Shown here in pieces: positions 39,780-53,317 of a DNA stretch of 64,000 nt. Made by a program: the position numbers and the translations under genes. The stretch is from the human T2T-CHM13v2.0 reference genome, Homo sapiens: NCBI RefSeq assembly GCF_009914755.1, contig NC_060942.1; one strand, written 5' to 3'. Position 1 is the stretch's first letter. Each line of letters opens with the position of its first letter. The notes under the pieces were generated by a model. It did no database searches, was not told the origin of the DNA, and worked only from the letters and a program-made list of their open reading frames with translations.

Positions 39780-40479
39780 AAGCCACTGGGAATTCTTTCT
39801 GAGGCCTCTCAGGAGCACAAGCTGGTCCACAGTGAAGCCTTACTCCTACTCCACCAGAAGTTCTCCGTTCACAGTGGGATGGCTGACTTTTAGACCTGAA
39901 CGTGATGCCAAAGATTCTTCCTCCCCTTGCCAATGCCAGTTGCCTCCAGGGCTCACTCCCTGGCTAGGGCCATGTCATGGGTCTCTGTATGAGCCCCATG
40001 TCCTTAATTTAAACAACAAAGAGGATCATCCAACAATGAATTTGTAGAAAATTCTTATAAATTACAGAAAGTTTAGGAAATTGAAGGAATCACAACTGTG
40101 AACAACAAATTATTTTTCTTCCTTTAAAATAAGCTGTCTAAAGCAAAGAGGTGTTCTCTTCACCTTACAATCCAGGACCTTTTAAATACCCTAATTTTCT
40201 GTGCAGAAGCAGCAAGTCCGCAATCTCTAGGAGGGAAAAGGGCATTAGGAAGCCCAGGTAGCTCCCCTGAGAAGTGTCAGACCCAATTGTTATCCCCCAC
40301 CCTAATCTGCTGGAATCCCAAGGCCTTGACTGCATTGCCTCATCGAGCACAGGGGCTAATCATGGCTGAACCTTAAAACAGGTAGGAGCCTGTGCCACTG
40401 GGGGGTCTTGTCCTAAGCCTGATGTTCCTGCCCTAAGTCCTTTATTCTGTGTGCTGCAGTAAACATGTTACTTCCCAGA

Positions 40480-40880
40480 TACCACCGTACCACCAGGGTT
40501 ACTACATGCTATTTCCTCTATTTGAATAACTCCTTCCTTAGCCCCATTTTCACCTTTCCCAGGCTGACTATTACTCAGCTTAGAAGTGACTTCCTACACC
40601 TACTATGTACCCACAAAAATTAAAATTAAAAAAAAATTTAAAAAGAAGTGAATTCCTCCAGGAAAGCTGTCTTTATAGGAGTCCCTCTTATTGGTTCTCT
40701 ATTTTACCATAGAGTAGTTTTTATTACATACAGTATGTAGTTGCTATTTTAATGGTCAGTCTCTCCCACTAGACTATACACTCCTTGAAAGTAAGAATTA
40801 TAACCTATTTTCTGCTGTCTTCTAAGGACTTTCCATTGTACCTGGCCAATAGGTGTTCACATTTACTGAAGGAATGAACT
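40480..40880 (+). mobile_element. L2 3' region
   Basis: ctcccactagactatacactccttgaaagtaag...tttactgaaggaatgaa. Confidence 0.75.
40595..40645 (+). mobile_element. Extremely truncated L1P 3' end with TSD, inside the L2
   Basis: tacacctactatgtacccacaaaaattaaaattaaaaaa; TSD agaagtgacttcct / agaagtgaattcct. Confidence 0.85.
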
Positions 40881-41372
40881 TCTGTGTCCATCAAGTGTAG
40901 CCTTTCCGCCTGATATCATCAGAATTTTATTACTTTGTATACATTACCAATAGTCCACAGGCAGGAAACATCAATGAATTTGGCTTAGAGTGAAAATGTA
41001 TTATTTGGGATGTAACCATAGTCAATGAGGCATATTTGTTTCTGTGGTAGTTGGATACCATCATACAGAGATTTTCTCCAACTACAGCACATTCTATTGC
41101 TGTGAACATCCCTACCCTGAATGCATTTCTTCATATCACATTGCCCCTTTAAGTGTTCTCACAAAGGTCTTTGGAACTATTACATACTGTAAGCAAAATC
41201 AAGAAAGCCCTGAAAAAATCTCTAAACATAATGGATCTGTCAGGACAGATCAACTTTGGAAGGGTGATGTTTTGTGTTCTTAAGGGTTTTCTGTTTGTTT
41301 TTATTTAACGAACGACTTTCATTTTAGATTTATTGTAACACAAATTATTGCCCTCAATTGCAGGGCATTCTT

Positions 41373-41582
41373 TACTTGAAACACACTGTTACATTAAATG
41401 TTTTGCAAGATCTGCCATGATGCACTGTGTCATCTCATTCATCCAAGGATTTATTTCAACTTTTAACCCACTTGTAGGTGTAGGTACCATTTTTCAGAAA
41501 CTCTGTGATGCACACATCAGCAATCCTGAGGCCATTGTTGTTTGTCTCTTTAGCCTCCACCCCATCCTCAGAGGCTGACAAA
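41373..41582 (+). repeat. 210 bp segment duplicated at 43781-43990
   Basis: Ungapped alignment by eye, 11 mismatches in 210 bp. Confidence 0.97.
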
Positions 41583-42135
41583 CTCTCTGAGAGTTTAATA
41601 ACACACAGGTTATTAAACAGAGAAAACTAAATGGCATGTTGTAAGTTGCTGAACTTTAATGGGGCATTTCTTTCCATTACAAGTGAGAATACATAAAAAG
41701 CCAAGAATCAGGACTAGAGAGAAGAGGACACCTATAAAGTAGTTTTATTTTTATTAAATGGCCTAACTGAAGATGGTTGCAGTCATTATAGGCTTAGTTT
41801 AAAATGAGCATTACCGTAAACTGACGTCCAAAAGAAGGTAAGATTGAATGAGTAGTGAGTTTAAAATGATACTCATGTAACCTTGATACTGAAGTTTGTA
41901 AAACATAAATCAAACAGCCTTTTTTTTCTAAATTCTCTGAGAAAGAAGACCTCAGTCCTCTTTTTCTCAATTCTCTGAGAAAATGATCCCAGTATTAGGA
42001 TGAATTTCCTGCCTATGAATGAATTATCTAACTTGTAGGAATAATAATCAGCTTTTGTGAGACTTCTGTAATACTTACAGCCTCATTAAGTAATAACATT
42101 TAGTCTTGTCTGACTCTCCCTGTATTCTGGTACTT

Positions 42136-42959
<824 letters not shown>

Positions 42960-43059
42960 CAGATAAAATGATGCATAATAACGAGAGAACCTAAACCCCA
43001 AATAAACTCCTACTTGGCCTAGTCTTTTGGGGATGACTCAGAGGATATACCCAGTGCAA

Positions 43060-43622
43060 CATGTCTCTGCACAAGAGTCCCCAGTGGACCCACCCAATCC
43101 AATCTTCTAAGTCACCGCCTATCCAAGTCACTGCCTTCCCTGTAGCCAGGGTGGTCTCTTCAAACTGCAATCTGGCTGTGCAACCTTCATGCTCACAACA
43201 CACGGCCCATCAGATAGAGACAAAACTTCAGCACAGCCTAGGAGGCCTTCCATGCTGTGCCTTGCATGCCTGCTCAGCAGCCCCACCTCACAATCCTCCC
43301 CCTACTCTCTGCACATACTCTCGGGCCCTCTCCCATCCCTGAAGTTTGCATACACTCTGCCATGAGACTGCTGCACATGCTGTTCTTCTTTCCGCGCTCT
43401 GTTTGTGCACCTCTGTCTGTCCAATTCCAACTCATGCTCTGTTTCTCAGCTTTAGTCATTGCCACATCAGAGAATCCTGCCCTACTTCTTCTGACCAGGT
43501 GACATAGCCCCATCATAAAGTCTCACAAAATCACGTGGTACTTGTCGTCGTTGTAATTTTACTATGTTTGTGTGGCTGTTTGATTATCTGTCTTGCCCAT
43601 TAAACCATGAACCGCTGTGGAC

Positions 43623-43659
<37 letters not shown>

Positions 43660-44085
43660 AGATAGATACAAAGTTTCAAAAAAAGAAAATGATTTTTATT
43701 GTTAAGTAACTAAAAACGAATTTATAGATTATCAACTATATATATATATACATATATATATACTTTCAAGTATATATATATACTTGAAACACACTGTTAG
43801 ATTAAATGCTTTGCAAGATCTGCCATGATGCACTGTATCATCTCATTCATCCAAGGATTTATTTCAACCTGTGACCCACTCGTAGGTGTAGGTACCATTT
43901 TTCAGAAACTCTGTGATGCACACATCACCAATCCCGAGGCCATTGTTGTTTGTCTCTTTAGCCTCCATGCCATCCTCAGAGGCTGACAAAAATATATATA
44001 TATATGTATATATATAGTTGATAATCACTGAATATCCAACACTTAGCATGTAGTAGGTGCTCAATGAATCTTATGTTGAATATTT
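43060..44085 (+). mobile_element. L2 3' portion split by the 43622-44026 insertion
   Basis: L2-like sequence to 43621, resuming cactgaatatcc...gtaggtgctcaatgaatcttatgttgaat. Confidence 0.75.
43622..44026. other. Complex templated insertion in (TA)n tracts
   Basis: Copies of 46025-46095 and 41373-41582, an inverted junction copy and a 26 bp palindrome, joined by (TA)n. Confidence 0.9.
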
Positions 44086-44456
44086 ATTGTGTAAAGGAAG
44101 AAAGGGAAACAAGAAAGAAGGAAGTAATAGAGGAAGAATGGAAGGGAGAGAGGAAAAGGAGGGAAGGAAGAACATAGATTTGGGGTAAATAAACAAGTAT
44201 GTGCTGGTGTGTTATGCAATGAAGTCATATTTAGGGCATAACTGATGCCTGATGCCTGCTAGAGGGAAAGTTAAATATTCTAAGTCCTGTGCATCAGCAC
44301 AGGGCATCAGGCATCTCAGAAGTCAGGTTTCTACCTGCTTAAGTATTCTTCTACAAGGTAAGAAGGAGGTACATTCCTTCAATGACAGTGGAATCAATAC
44401 AAACTGAGCAATGAGGTTTTCACTAAACTTTTTGAGGGTGGGTCTCATGCATTTCT

Positions 44457-44773
44457 TTTTTGTTTTGTTTTGGTTTGGTTTGGTTTGGTTTTGAGACAGG
44501 GTCTTGCTCTGTCACCCAGGTTGGAGTGCAGTGGCATGATCATGGCTCACTCCAGGCTTGACCTCCTGGACTCAAGGGATCCTCCCACCTCAGCCTTTCA
44601 AGTAGCTGGGACTATAGGTGCTTGCCAACATGCCCGGCTAATTTATTTTTTCTTTTTAAATACAAGATCTCCCGATGTTTCCAAGGCTGGTCTCAAATTT
44701 TGGACTCAAGCAATCTCCCCGCCTCGGCCGCCCAAAGTGCAGGGATTACAGACGTAAGCCACCACACCCGGCC
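44457..44773 (-). mobile_element. AluJ-type element with TSD
   Basis: Antisense dimer, (TTTGG)n tail, TSD tcatgcatttct on both sides. Confidence 0.96.
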
Positions 44774-45054
44774 TTCATGCATTTCTGAGAAACAAGCTAG
44801 GGTGCCTTTCTCTCCAGATCCTGGAAGCTCTGCTTTAAGAAACAAATCTCTCCCAAATATGTTATCCTAGCAAGTCAATCCCTGGCCACAACCTCTTCCC
44901 CGTCTCTCTCAGGTCTTTCTTCATCTCGAGTCTTCATGCCTTTGTGCTTTGTTGATAAGCCTCTCAATCAGTGTTACTGGCCAGCATTGAGCACTTTCAC
45001 CCAGCCCCTCCTGGAAGCCAAAGAGATGATACCTATGGTATAGCAGCTTATATT

Positions 45055-45210
45055 ATAGAATCAATTTCCTTATCAATAAACCATGGAAAACAACAGTACA
45101 CATTAGACTGTATGATCACCTGTCAAGTTCTGTGATGAAAATAAATCAATGCACACAAATCTCTTAGAAGAGTGCTCACATAACAAGTGCTCAATAAATG
45201 TTAGCTATTT
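45055..45210 (+). mobile_element. MIR 3' half
   Basis: aagtgctcaataaatgttagctatt. Confidence 0.75.
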
Positions 45211-47059
45211 ATTTATTTACATGGACTTCAAAAATCACTGAGAAAGTTCCTGCCTCCCCATGGGGAGCCTGGTTTCTTTTCTCAGCTCAGGCTGAACACT
45301 GACCGCAATGCGCTCAATTTAGACCCCTCTGTGGTGTGGCTTTCCATTCTTTTCCTAGCATCACACGCGATAAAATTGGTTCCATCTTACATAACCTTAC
45401 ACACCTTCCTCCCAGGGGCATACACTCAAGCAAGTCAACTCCTTTAGCTTTTTTCTGAATCTCTGCTTCAGAGTGGATGCATCGTGTTCTTCATTTCTTC
45501 AGTGCCCCCAGTGTGCGGGGAGAGGGAATTTTCCTTAACCTCCGAAACGCCCCATTTGTGGTATATTTCTTTCTCTGCCAGATGCTGTGTACTCTCTGAA
45601 GCCAAGTGTTCTGCCCTCATTATTGGGCCTCAGCACTTTCAGGTGCTCAGCGCAGGATTGGTACAGAACGAATGGATCTGTGAATACAAATATTACAAGG
45701 GTTTCCATTTTCCCAGCTTTCTTCATTTAGTCTCTACATTTTTAAAATGTCTGCTCTTCAGGACAAATGTCCTCAAGCACTCTTTGTGATGAATTTTCTC
45801 CTGAAAATAGGCTGCCCCACTAAACTTACAATGTGGGCCAAAAAATTCACTTTCAAATGCATGTTCCTGGCCTGTGCAGTTCCTTCATACATAAGCTCCC
45901 CCAACCCCATGATTTGACACAAGCCCTTACTTCTGGTATCCAGCTGAAGAAGTCCATGGCAAATTAAATTCAAGTCATTTCCTGTGAAGAATTTCTTTCT
46001 GTTGCCTATAAATGTGAAGAAAGGGTGTAGATACTTTCAAAAAAAAAAAAAGAGAGAGTGATTTTTATTCTTAAGTAACTAAAAAGGAATTTATAAACTA
46101 GAATTTTAAAATACATTACAAATACTACTTCCATCCTTGTTATACAGTCTTTATAATCATCAAGGGGAGAATATCGATTTAAACAGGCAGATTCATCAAT
46201 AAATAGGCAACAATTGTTTCTAAATAATGTACCTTTGCAATTATAAATGGGATCATATATATGAGCTGAGTATATGGGGCTTGGAGTAAATACTCAATAA
46301 GTGCACAGTATTTACTGGTGCTTAGTAAATACCATATGAATAACTAAATAAAATGAATGAAGGTTCAAATGTTGCATGGTGTTAAAGTATCATACGTTAT
46401 ATATTCATTTTGTGTAAGAAAGTATTGTAAAATGGGAAAAGTGTTTCTTAAAATTGTGTATATACTTTAGAACAGAAAATACATATTTGCCTACATAAGA
46501 TTTGCGATATTTCAGAAGGATTTGCAATAACCTACATTTTAAAGCTTAGTACAAGCCATTTGACAAAAATAGATAAGGCCAGCTTCTTCCTAAATGCAAA
46601 CGATAAAACAAAGGCCAGGGAAAGAATAATCACGAGTGTTACATCAGTTTATTAATTATTTGTACTCTATAAAGCCAATGGCTAATCATATTCGAAGAGT
46701 ATAAATCACAGATGCAGCCTATATTGATAGGAATCATACCTTCTAGAGAGCTTTCTATAGGGTCACTGTGATAGGGCCACTATTTCATATTCAAATGTTA
46801 AGAAACACATATACAAAAATGAGGGGGGAGATATGAGATTGATTGAGAAGTGGTCTCAGAACAGCGATCAAATAGCCAAACAACAAATGAAGAGTGCATC
46901 AGTAGCAACACAGATATTAGTAACAAAGAGAAAAATCTGGGCAACAAATTGGGGTAAAGACACAATGAACATGAAGTTGCACACAGAGCTCAGGAGGTCA
47001 GGTCAGGTCAGGATGCCAGAACTCATCTTGTTATCAGAAGCAGCCTTCAGAACCATTTC

Positions 47060-47113
47060 TTAGGTTGGTGCAAAAGTAATGACAAAACCACCATTACTTT
47101 TGCACCAACCTAA
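47060..47113. mobile_element. Internally deleted MADE1 forming a perfect 22 bp inverted repeat
   Basis: ttaggttggtgcaaaagtaatg - acaaaaccac - cattacttttgcaccaacctaa. Confidence 0.95.
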
Positions 47114-47301
47114 TATTTTTACCCAAATGAGATACATAAATAAAGATATATGGAATGAATTAGATAATAATGCTATACAATACCTTTTTGGGAAATTAAA
47201 AAACAATAGTTAAAATCACAAGATAAAGTCAAATGCATTTGAAAATATGTCACTAAAAAAAGCAAGAATGTTTATCCCAGCAAAAAAAAATAGATTAGAT
47301 A

Positions 47302-47346
47302 TAGACAGATAGATAGATAGATAGATAGATAGACAGATAGATAGAT
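47302..47346. repeat. (GATA)n tetranucleotide repeat
   Basis: Direct reading. Confidence 0.95.
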
Positions 47347-47769
47347 TACATTAAATTAACTTCAGCAGTTGCAACAGTCTTTTAAATTCTCAGAATTCCT
47401 GGGAAGCAAGATTTCTAGTAAGTTCCTTTCCGAAGTATAAATAGACTTATATCTTATAGTCTGGAAACAAGAGAGAACTCCCTTTTAGGTATTCATTTAT
47501 TTAGGTAATCACTCAGCAAGAACCTCATTTAGTGCCTATTAAAGAACTGTTTTGTTATGGAAGCTTCTGAGACCCACGACTGTATGCTTCAGTTTCTTTG
47601 TACATATGGTGCTGTGTAATGAGGAGAAAAAAAAAACGTTTTAGCAACAACTATTTTACAAGCATCATAAATTTTAGGTCTTATGGTAACTTTTGAGCTT
47701 TGTGCTCCAAATCACCACTTACACCTGCGGGTTGTGTTGCTGTTTTTTTAATAATTTAAAAGAACGTAC

Positions 47770-48600
47770 AGAGGGGAAACTTGCAGAATAGTGGCATGAG
47801 GATCATGTACCTCCCTCCCAACAAAACAATTATAGTTAGTGAAATTTATTTCCTAAAAATTTAATCTCTGTAAATGTCTTCAGGGCATACAGCTTATAGA
47901 AAAACATGTATTCAAGAAAATCTAGTAAAACTCTTCATAAGAACAGCCAGGTTTCGCATTTGAGCTACACCCAGCTCAGCAAGGTGGAAACTCCACCCCT
48001 GAAGGGCACTGCCGGGACCACAGGGTTCACTGCCTGCTGGGGTCCCCTGCAGTATCTCAAAGCAAATCCTCAAATGCACACAGCAAAAACTTGCAGAATG
48101 GGAGAGAGAAACACAAAATTCAACAATAGTAGTTGGAGACTTTAACATCCCCTTTTTGGTAATAGATGGGATAACTATGTGGAAGATCTGCAAGGAAAGT
48201 GAAGACTTGAACATACTGCAAACTAAATCATTGTTGGGTGGAGTGTGCTAACACCCACAGCACACAACAGAATAAGTATTCTTCCTAAGTGCGCATGAAA
48301 CATTCTCCAGGCTAAGCCATATAGTAGGCCATATGACAATCCTCAGAAAATTTAAGGGATTAGAGTCAGACAAATTATGTTCTCTGACCACATTGGAATG
48401 AAATTAGATATAAAAGAAATATAGGAAACTCAGAAATAAGTGAAAATGAAACTCACTTTTTGGGGTGATGAAAATGTTCAAAACCGACCATAGTGATTAT
48501 TGTACAACTCTGTGAATATACTACAAACCATGAAATTGTATACTTTAAATGGATAAATTATATAGTATGTGAATTATATCTCAATAAAACTTTATTTAAA
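47770..48600 (+). mobile_element. Compact old L1M: 5'UTR-like, ORF2 endonuclease-region and 3' UTR pieces
   Basis: caacaatagtagttggagactttaacatccc (EN region); ttttggggtgatgaaaatgttc...atctcaataaa (3' end). Confidence 0.8.
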
Positions 48601-49279
48601 GAAGCACACACTTCAACAAACACACACATCTGTGCAACACACACCATGCCTGCAGCAATTTAAGTAAATATATGAAAAAGAAATTTTACAAATTAAAAAA
48701 TTGAAAAATCTATTTGCTTTAAAAGTGAGCTCATTTTGGTATTCAAATAATTCTATTCATACAATATCTCATAACATTTCTCTGCCGAGTGCCTGCGCCC
48801 TGAATGTTCCAAGGCGTTTTGTTAAGATTAAGGCAATCATCAATAAGATTCATTCTCATCTGAGTTCATTTTATTTATCCTTTTCAACGACCTTAACAAA
48901 AGCAGGATAACAAAAAAGCCTCTAGACACACCCGTGATTCAGTCGCGGTGCTCCTAATAACATGAAAAGAATTAAGAAATTGTTTTTAAGTTGCATACAG
49001 CAAGTCTTTCTCTGTATCTGAGAAATTCTTAAATCTATGACATTGTTACTATTTAGTTATGGTAATACCAGTAAGGCAAATGAAAGCATCATTTTTACAT
49101 TTTTTCCTATCTGTGTTTTTAAGATTTTCATAAAATTTAAGCAGAAGTTTATGCACAAATGAAATCCAAACGGCAATGTTTAAACTTTTCCAGAAAAGAC
49201 CCAATACACACCAAGCTGTTTCCATTTAAAATCCTTTAAAATGTCAATCACAACAGACAGAAAGTATATAACCATGATA

Positions 49280-49470
49280 ATACAACAGCTGCCATTTATT
49301 GAACACTTTCTGCGGGCCAGGCACTAGGCTCAGCACTTTTCATACATTATCTCATTTAATCCTCAGGGCAACATTACAAAGTGTTACTAACATCCCTACT
49401 TTCCAGAAGAAAGCACTGCAAGTCAGAGAGGTAAATGAATTTTCCAAGGCCAGTATCTTGGCTAAGATCA
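49280..49470 (-). mobile_element. MIR
   Basis: catttattgaacactttctgcgggccaggcact...atctcatttaatcctca. Confidence 0.85.
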
Positions 49471-52299
49471 AAATCAGATCTTTCTGTAGGGCAGACAGCT
49501 CAAATTAGTACAGCTGCACCAGTTAATGAAACATTGAAATCATCTTGCATTGGTTGGTAAATGGCCACTTCTCAGCCCTCCCCAGTGCTCTGTCCCAGTC
49601 CCCATTCCCACTGCCCCAGCCACCCTGGCTGCTTTCCAGGGCCCTATCACTTTCCGTCAATGCTGCCTGGCCATGCCCATTTCCCTGCTTTGTGGGTTGT
49701 TAAATATTTTAATATCACCCCCGCCTATGCACCTGCATACACTCTCCCCAGAGACTTTGGGAGACTGCAGTTGATGACTGAGCCATGGCTGATTGTAGTC
49801 CAAATCTACAGCCTCTGAGTGTGGTCTTCCTCCCAGGTGCCCAGTGCTAATTGCCATTGCAGCAGGATGGCAGATCTCGTTCCTGCACCACATAAATGCA
49901 GTGTGTCCTTTAGTGCAATGGCTTCTGCCCACACCACCGCCCCCCGCCCCTGCAGTATCTGGGCCTGCAGGAGCCAAGGCAAGCCTGAGAAGACATCAGA
50001 ACTAAGACATCAGAAAAACCACTTCCCACTGAGGTGCCTCCTATCCAACCGCTGTCAAAATTACCATTATCACCAGGTACTTACAAAGCTTCTCATGTAT
50101 AAATAAGCAATGAAGATCTTACTCATTTTCCTACAACAATCAGGTGAAATAGGTTAACTGTGCCCTCATTGGAAAAGTGAGAGGCCGGCATATTGTACAG
50201 GGTGAGTAGCATTTGCAAGGCACTAGGCAAATTAGAGGGAATTCATCCAGAGTGCACTGTTTCGCCGGGAAATCCAGCTGCCTTTCTGATTTGACCTACA
50301 ACAGGAAAGTGAAGTCATATTTGCCTCAAACATTTGGGTCCTGGAAATGCTTTGGCTTGAAGTAGACAATTAAGGAAAATAAGGAATTTCATTTGGATAA
50401 TTAATATAATTATTCTATTGTCTCTCTTACTTTCCTACTTACATTTAGTGTCATAAAATAATGAGGAGGAGGTACAGCAAGTAGAGTAGAAAACCAAGGT
50501 TTAATAAAAAGCAAATATAGGTCACATGCGTTCATGCACAAAATGTTCATAGTCATTGAAAGTAGATCACTTTCTATAAATGGCTTAATATGACTCTATC
50601 ACAACACGATGCATTGGACAAGACCCATGAGGAGAATTCTGAGGCTGGAAAGGGCAATGGTTTGCTCAAGGACCCATCAATGAGTAAATGGTGGAACAGG
50701 GATTGGTGGCATCCCCAGTGGGAGCTGCTGGAAGGGAAAGAAGGGAGTTAAACTGTGATCCCCAAGAGTCTCCTTCCTCTTCCAATCAACTGCCACTCCT
50801 GCAACCCTCTACAAGGGTCTTCACAGGGACAGACTCAGATTTCCAGACCTTTCTGTTTAGGATTTTTTCCATTATACTACAGGAGCCTCCAGGATGTCCT
50901 CCTCTTCCACTTGAGGTTTAAATTCTAAATGCCAGGAATAGATATTTCAGACTCCACCCCACTGTGCCAAGAAACGGGGGTTTATCCCAGCATTGGCTTT
51001 GAGCACGTCCTCTTTACTCTTCTGCCTGTTCCTCCATCATTGTGTGATATTCCATCCACCAAAGCTCTGCCTCTCCCCTCCTATAACACAGGGTTTCTAC
51101 CAGAGCCCATCTGCGATGCCACCACACCACAGTGATGTATTTGGGAAGCAGCAACCCAAGAGGCCTATGCAAAATGTGTGTGTGTGTGTGTGTTAGCTGA
51201 GTAAGAGATCACGAAGGGTGTGTGCACATTTTTACCTTACTCAGCAGAGTTGCTAAGGTACATCAGTTGTCAACCTTTGATCTACAAAAGGTATTTGAAG
51301 AATAAATTTAAACATCAGTGGTAGGTAATGTGAATGAAATGCTTTTCAACTTCTGCTATGATGATATTTTTTAAAAATTGAATCAAGTTTTTCAACTGAA
51401 TTCACATCTATGATTAACTGGCCTGCCCCTCCTCAAATTATTTAAATTTCCATTAGAAAACTCTAAGCTCTTTAAACCTTTAAATCAAAACAGTGTTGAC
51501 TTTTAAATACCTGAAGCTAAAATAAGCTCTGAAGAATTAAGGAAAACCTCTGGCAGCACATAGCTTAGGCTTAGTTTTCATTGAATCTTCCAAGTTTTTC
51601 ATTAAATGATCAACTTGCTTTTTCTCCAGAGTCTTTGTAATACATTTCCTGGATAAAAGCCTAAACCTTAAATTCAGATTTATTAAAGCTTGTACACAAA
51701 TCTCCAACAAATATGCATACACATGCACACATAAACACACAGAGAATTCCACAATCATGTTCAAATACTTAGCTCATTATTATAATAAAACATTTTAACT
51801 TGATTCTATTATATTTACATTCACATTTAATACTCTTAGATGTATTATATAACTGGGCACACATTCAAGTATGGGCAATAAATATTGTATTAACTTTTGT
51901 TTCAATCATCTTGGTCAAAATAAGATTATAAAATAATTTCTAAGAATTTAATGTTTCTTTCCTCAGATAATCTATTTCAGGTAACTACAATTACTTGACA
52001 TTATATTTCAATCTTTTCTAAAATTCTAGCCACCTGGATTAACATATTTCTTTCACAAAATAGAAATTATTCCATTGTTCTATTCTCAAAAGCAGGGCTG
52101 TGCCAAGCACATCTCTGTATCCAAATGCCTAAAACAGTGCCTGGCTTGCAGTAGGTGTCCAAAAAGTACATCTTTGTAAAATAAATAAACAATTTTAAAG
52201 AACTGGTCTTTTCTGAAGAAAATAAGAAGCTTTTTCAATCAGAACTGTGTAATAAAAGAGCTTCAAATTGCTTTTCTGATGCATATATGATAAACTACC

Positions 52300-52420
52300 T
52301 CCTTTTAAAAATAAATTTTATTGTGTATATTTGAGATTTTACAACACGATGTTATGGGATACATAAAGACACTACAGTGATTACTACAGTGAAGCAAGTT
52401 AACATACACCACATCTTTAA
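52300..52420 (-). mobile_element. L1MA 3' terminal fragment
   Basis: ttttattgtgtatatttgagattttacaacacgatgttatgggatacata. Confidence 0.8.
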
Positions 52421-53242
52421 GAGAAAATATTTAGACATGAAACACGTCTAAAACTTATCTTGCTCATATATTTGGGGGTGTGTCAATTAACAATGACATT
52501 TTTCTGAGTTTTAGATACATTCCCTCATGCTTTAAAGTTTTCAAACAACTTCAAATAAGAAAAAATCATTAAGTGCAGAGAGGAAATCTGGAAGGATGTG
52601 AAAGCATTGAGTTTGTAGAATTGGTGGATTTGTGGTAGGTAAAAGGGAGGCTGTATTTTCAGCAATGGAGATGTAGTTCCGGAAATCAATAGCAGCTTTG
52701 AAGCAGGGGTTATCTTGACCCTCTGGCTTCTGTACTTGGATGGTTCCAGTGGGAAGATGCTTGTCCAGCTGATTTTAATCCTAGCCTGGGAAAGCCAGAG
52801 TGGTCTCTTCCATCAGTGCAGAAGGGGATGGGGACTTTGGGAATGCTGGCTCTGACATTGAACACCTTCTTCTAACCTTACTGGGATATACAGGGGCTCC
52901 GGCACACATATGTGGTGGCAGCCCCCCTGGGTTTTGGGTTGCTGTGGCTGAGTGTACATTGCAGGATGATTTTCAAAATTGCTATTTATTGTCAATTATG
53001 GCATGAAATTGCTGCTGAACACCAACGGCCTAATTTATTCATTTAAATGTGTGATTGGTCAATTATTGTCCTTCCACTTCTCATCACTGAGCTCAGATCC
53101 TATAAGGAGATAAGGAGTTTTCATTTCATTCTTGAATGATTTATTTGGTCATCCAAGAAGAGAATGACGTGCTCCAGAAGGGCAGGCAGCAGGTCCTCTC
53201 AAGGAGACAGGCTGAGAGGACATCCAGGATTTTACACTCTAC

Positions 53243-53317
53243 AGAACTCCAGCCTGGCCTCCTCGCTGCATCCCATTCCTCCACACAGAGAGGAGACATG
53301 GAATAGTGAGGTTGTCA
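53243..53317 (+). repeat. 75 bp segment duplicated at 60892-60966
   Basis: 73/75 identical, ungapped, same orientation. Confidence 0.97.

Noticed and set aside
39490-40047. 185 aa plus-strand ORF
   Set aside because: It stays open because of the stop-free (TTTC)n tract and Alu stub; F/S/L low complexity
41920-41983. Short direct repeat tttttct(a/c)aattctctgagaaa
   Set aside because: Two ~22 bp copies in low-complexity context; ordinary slippage duplication
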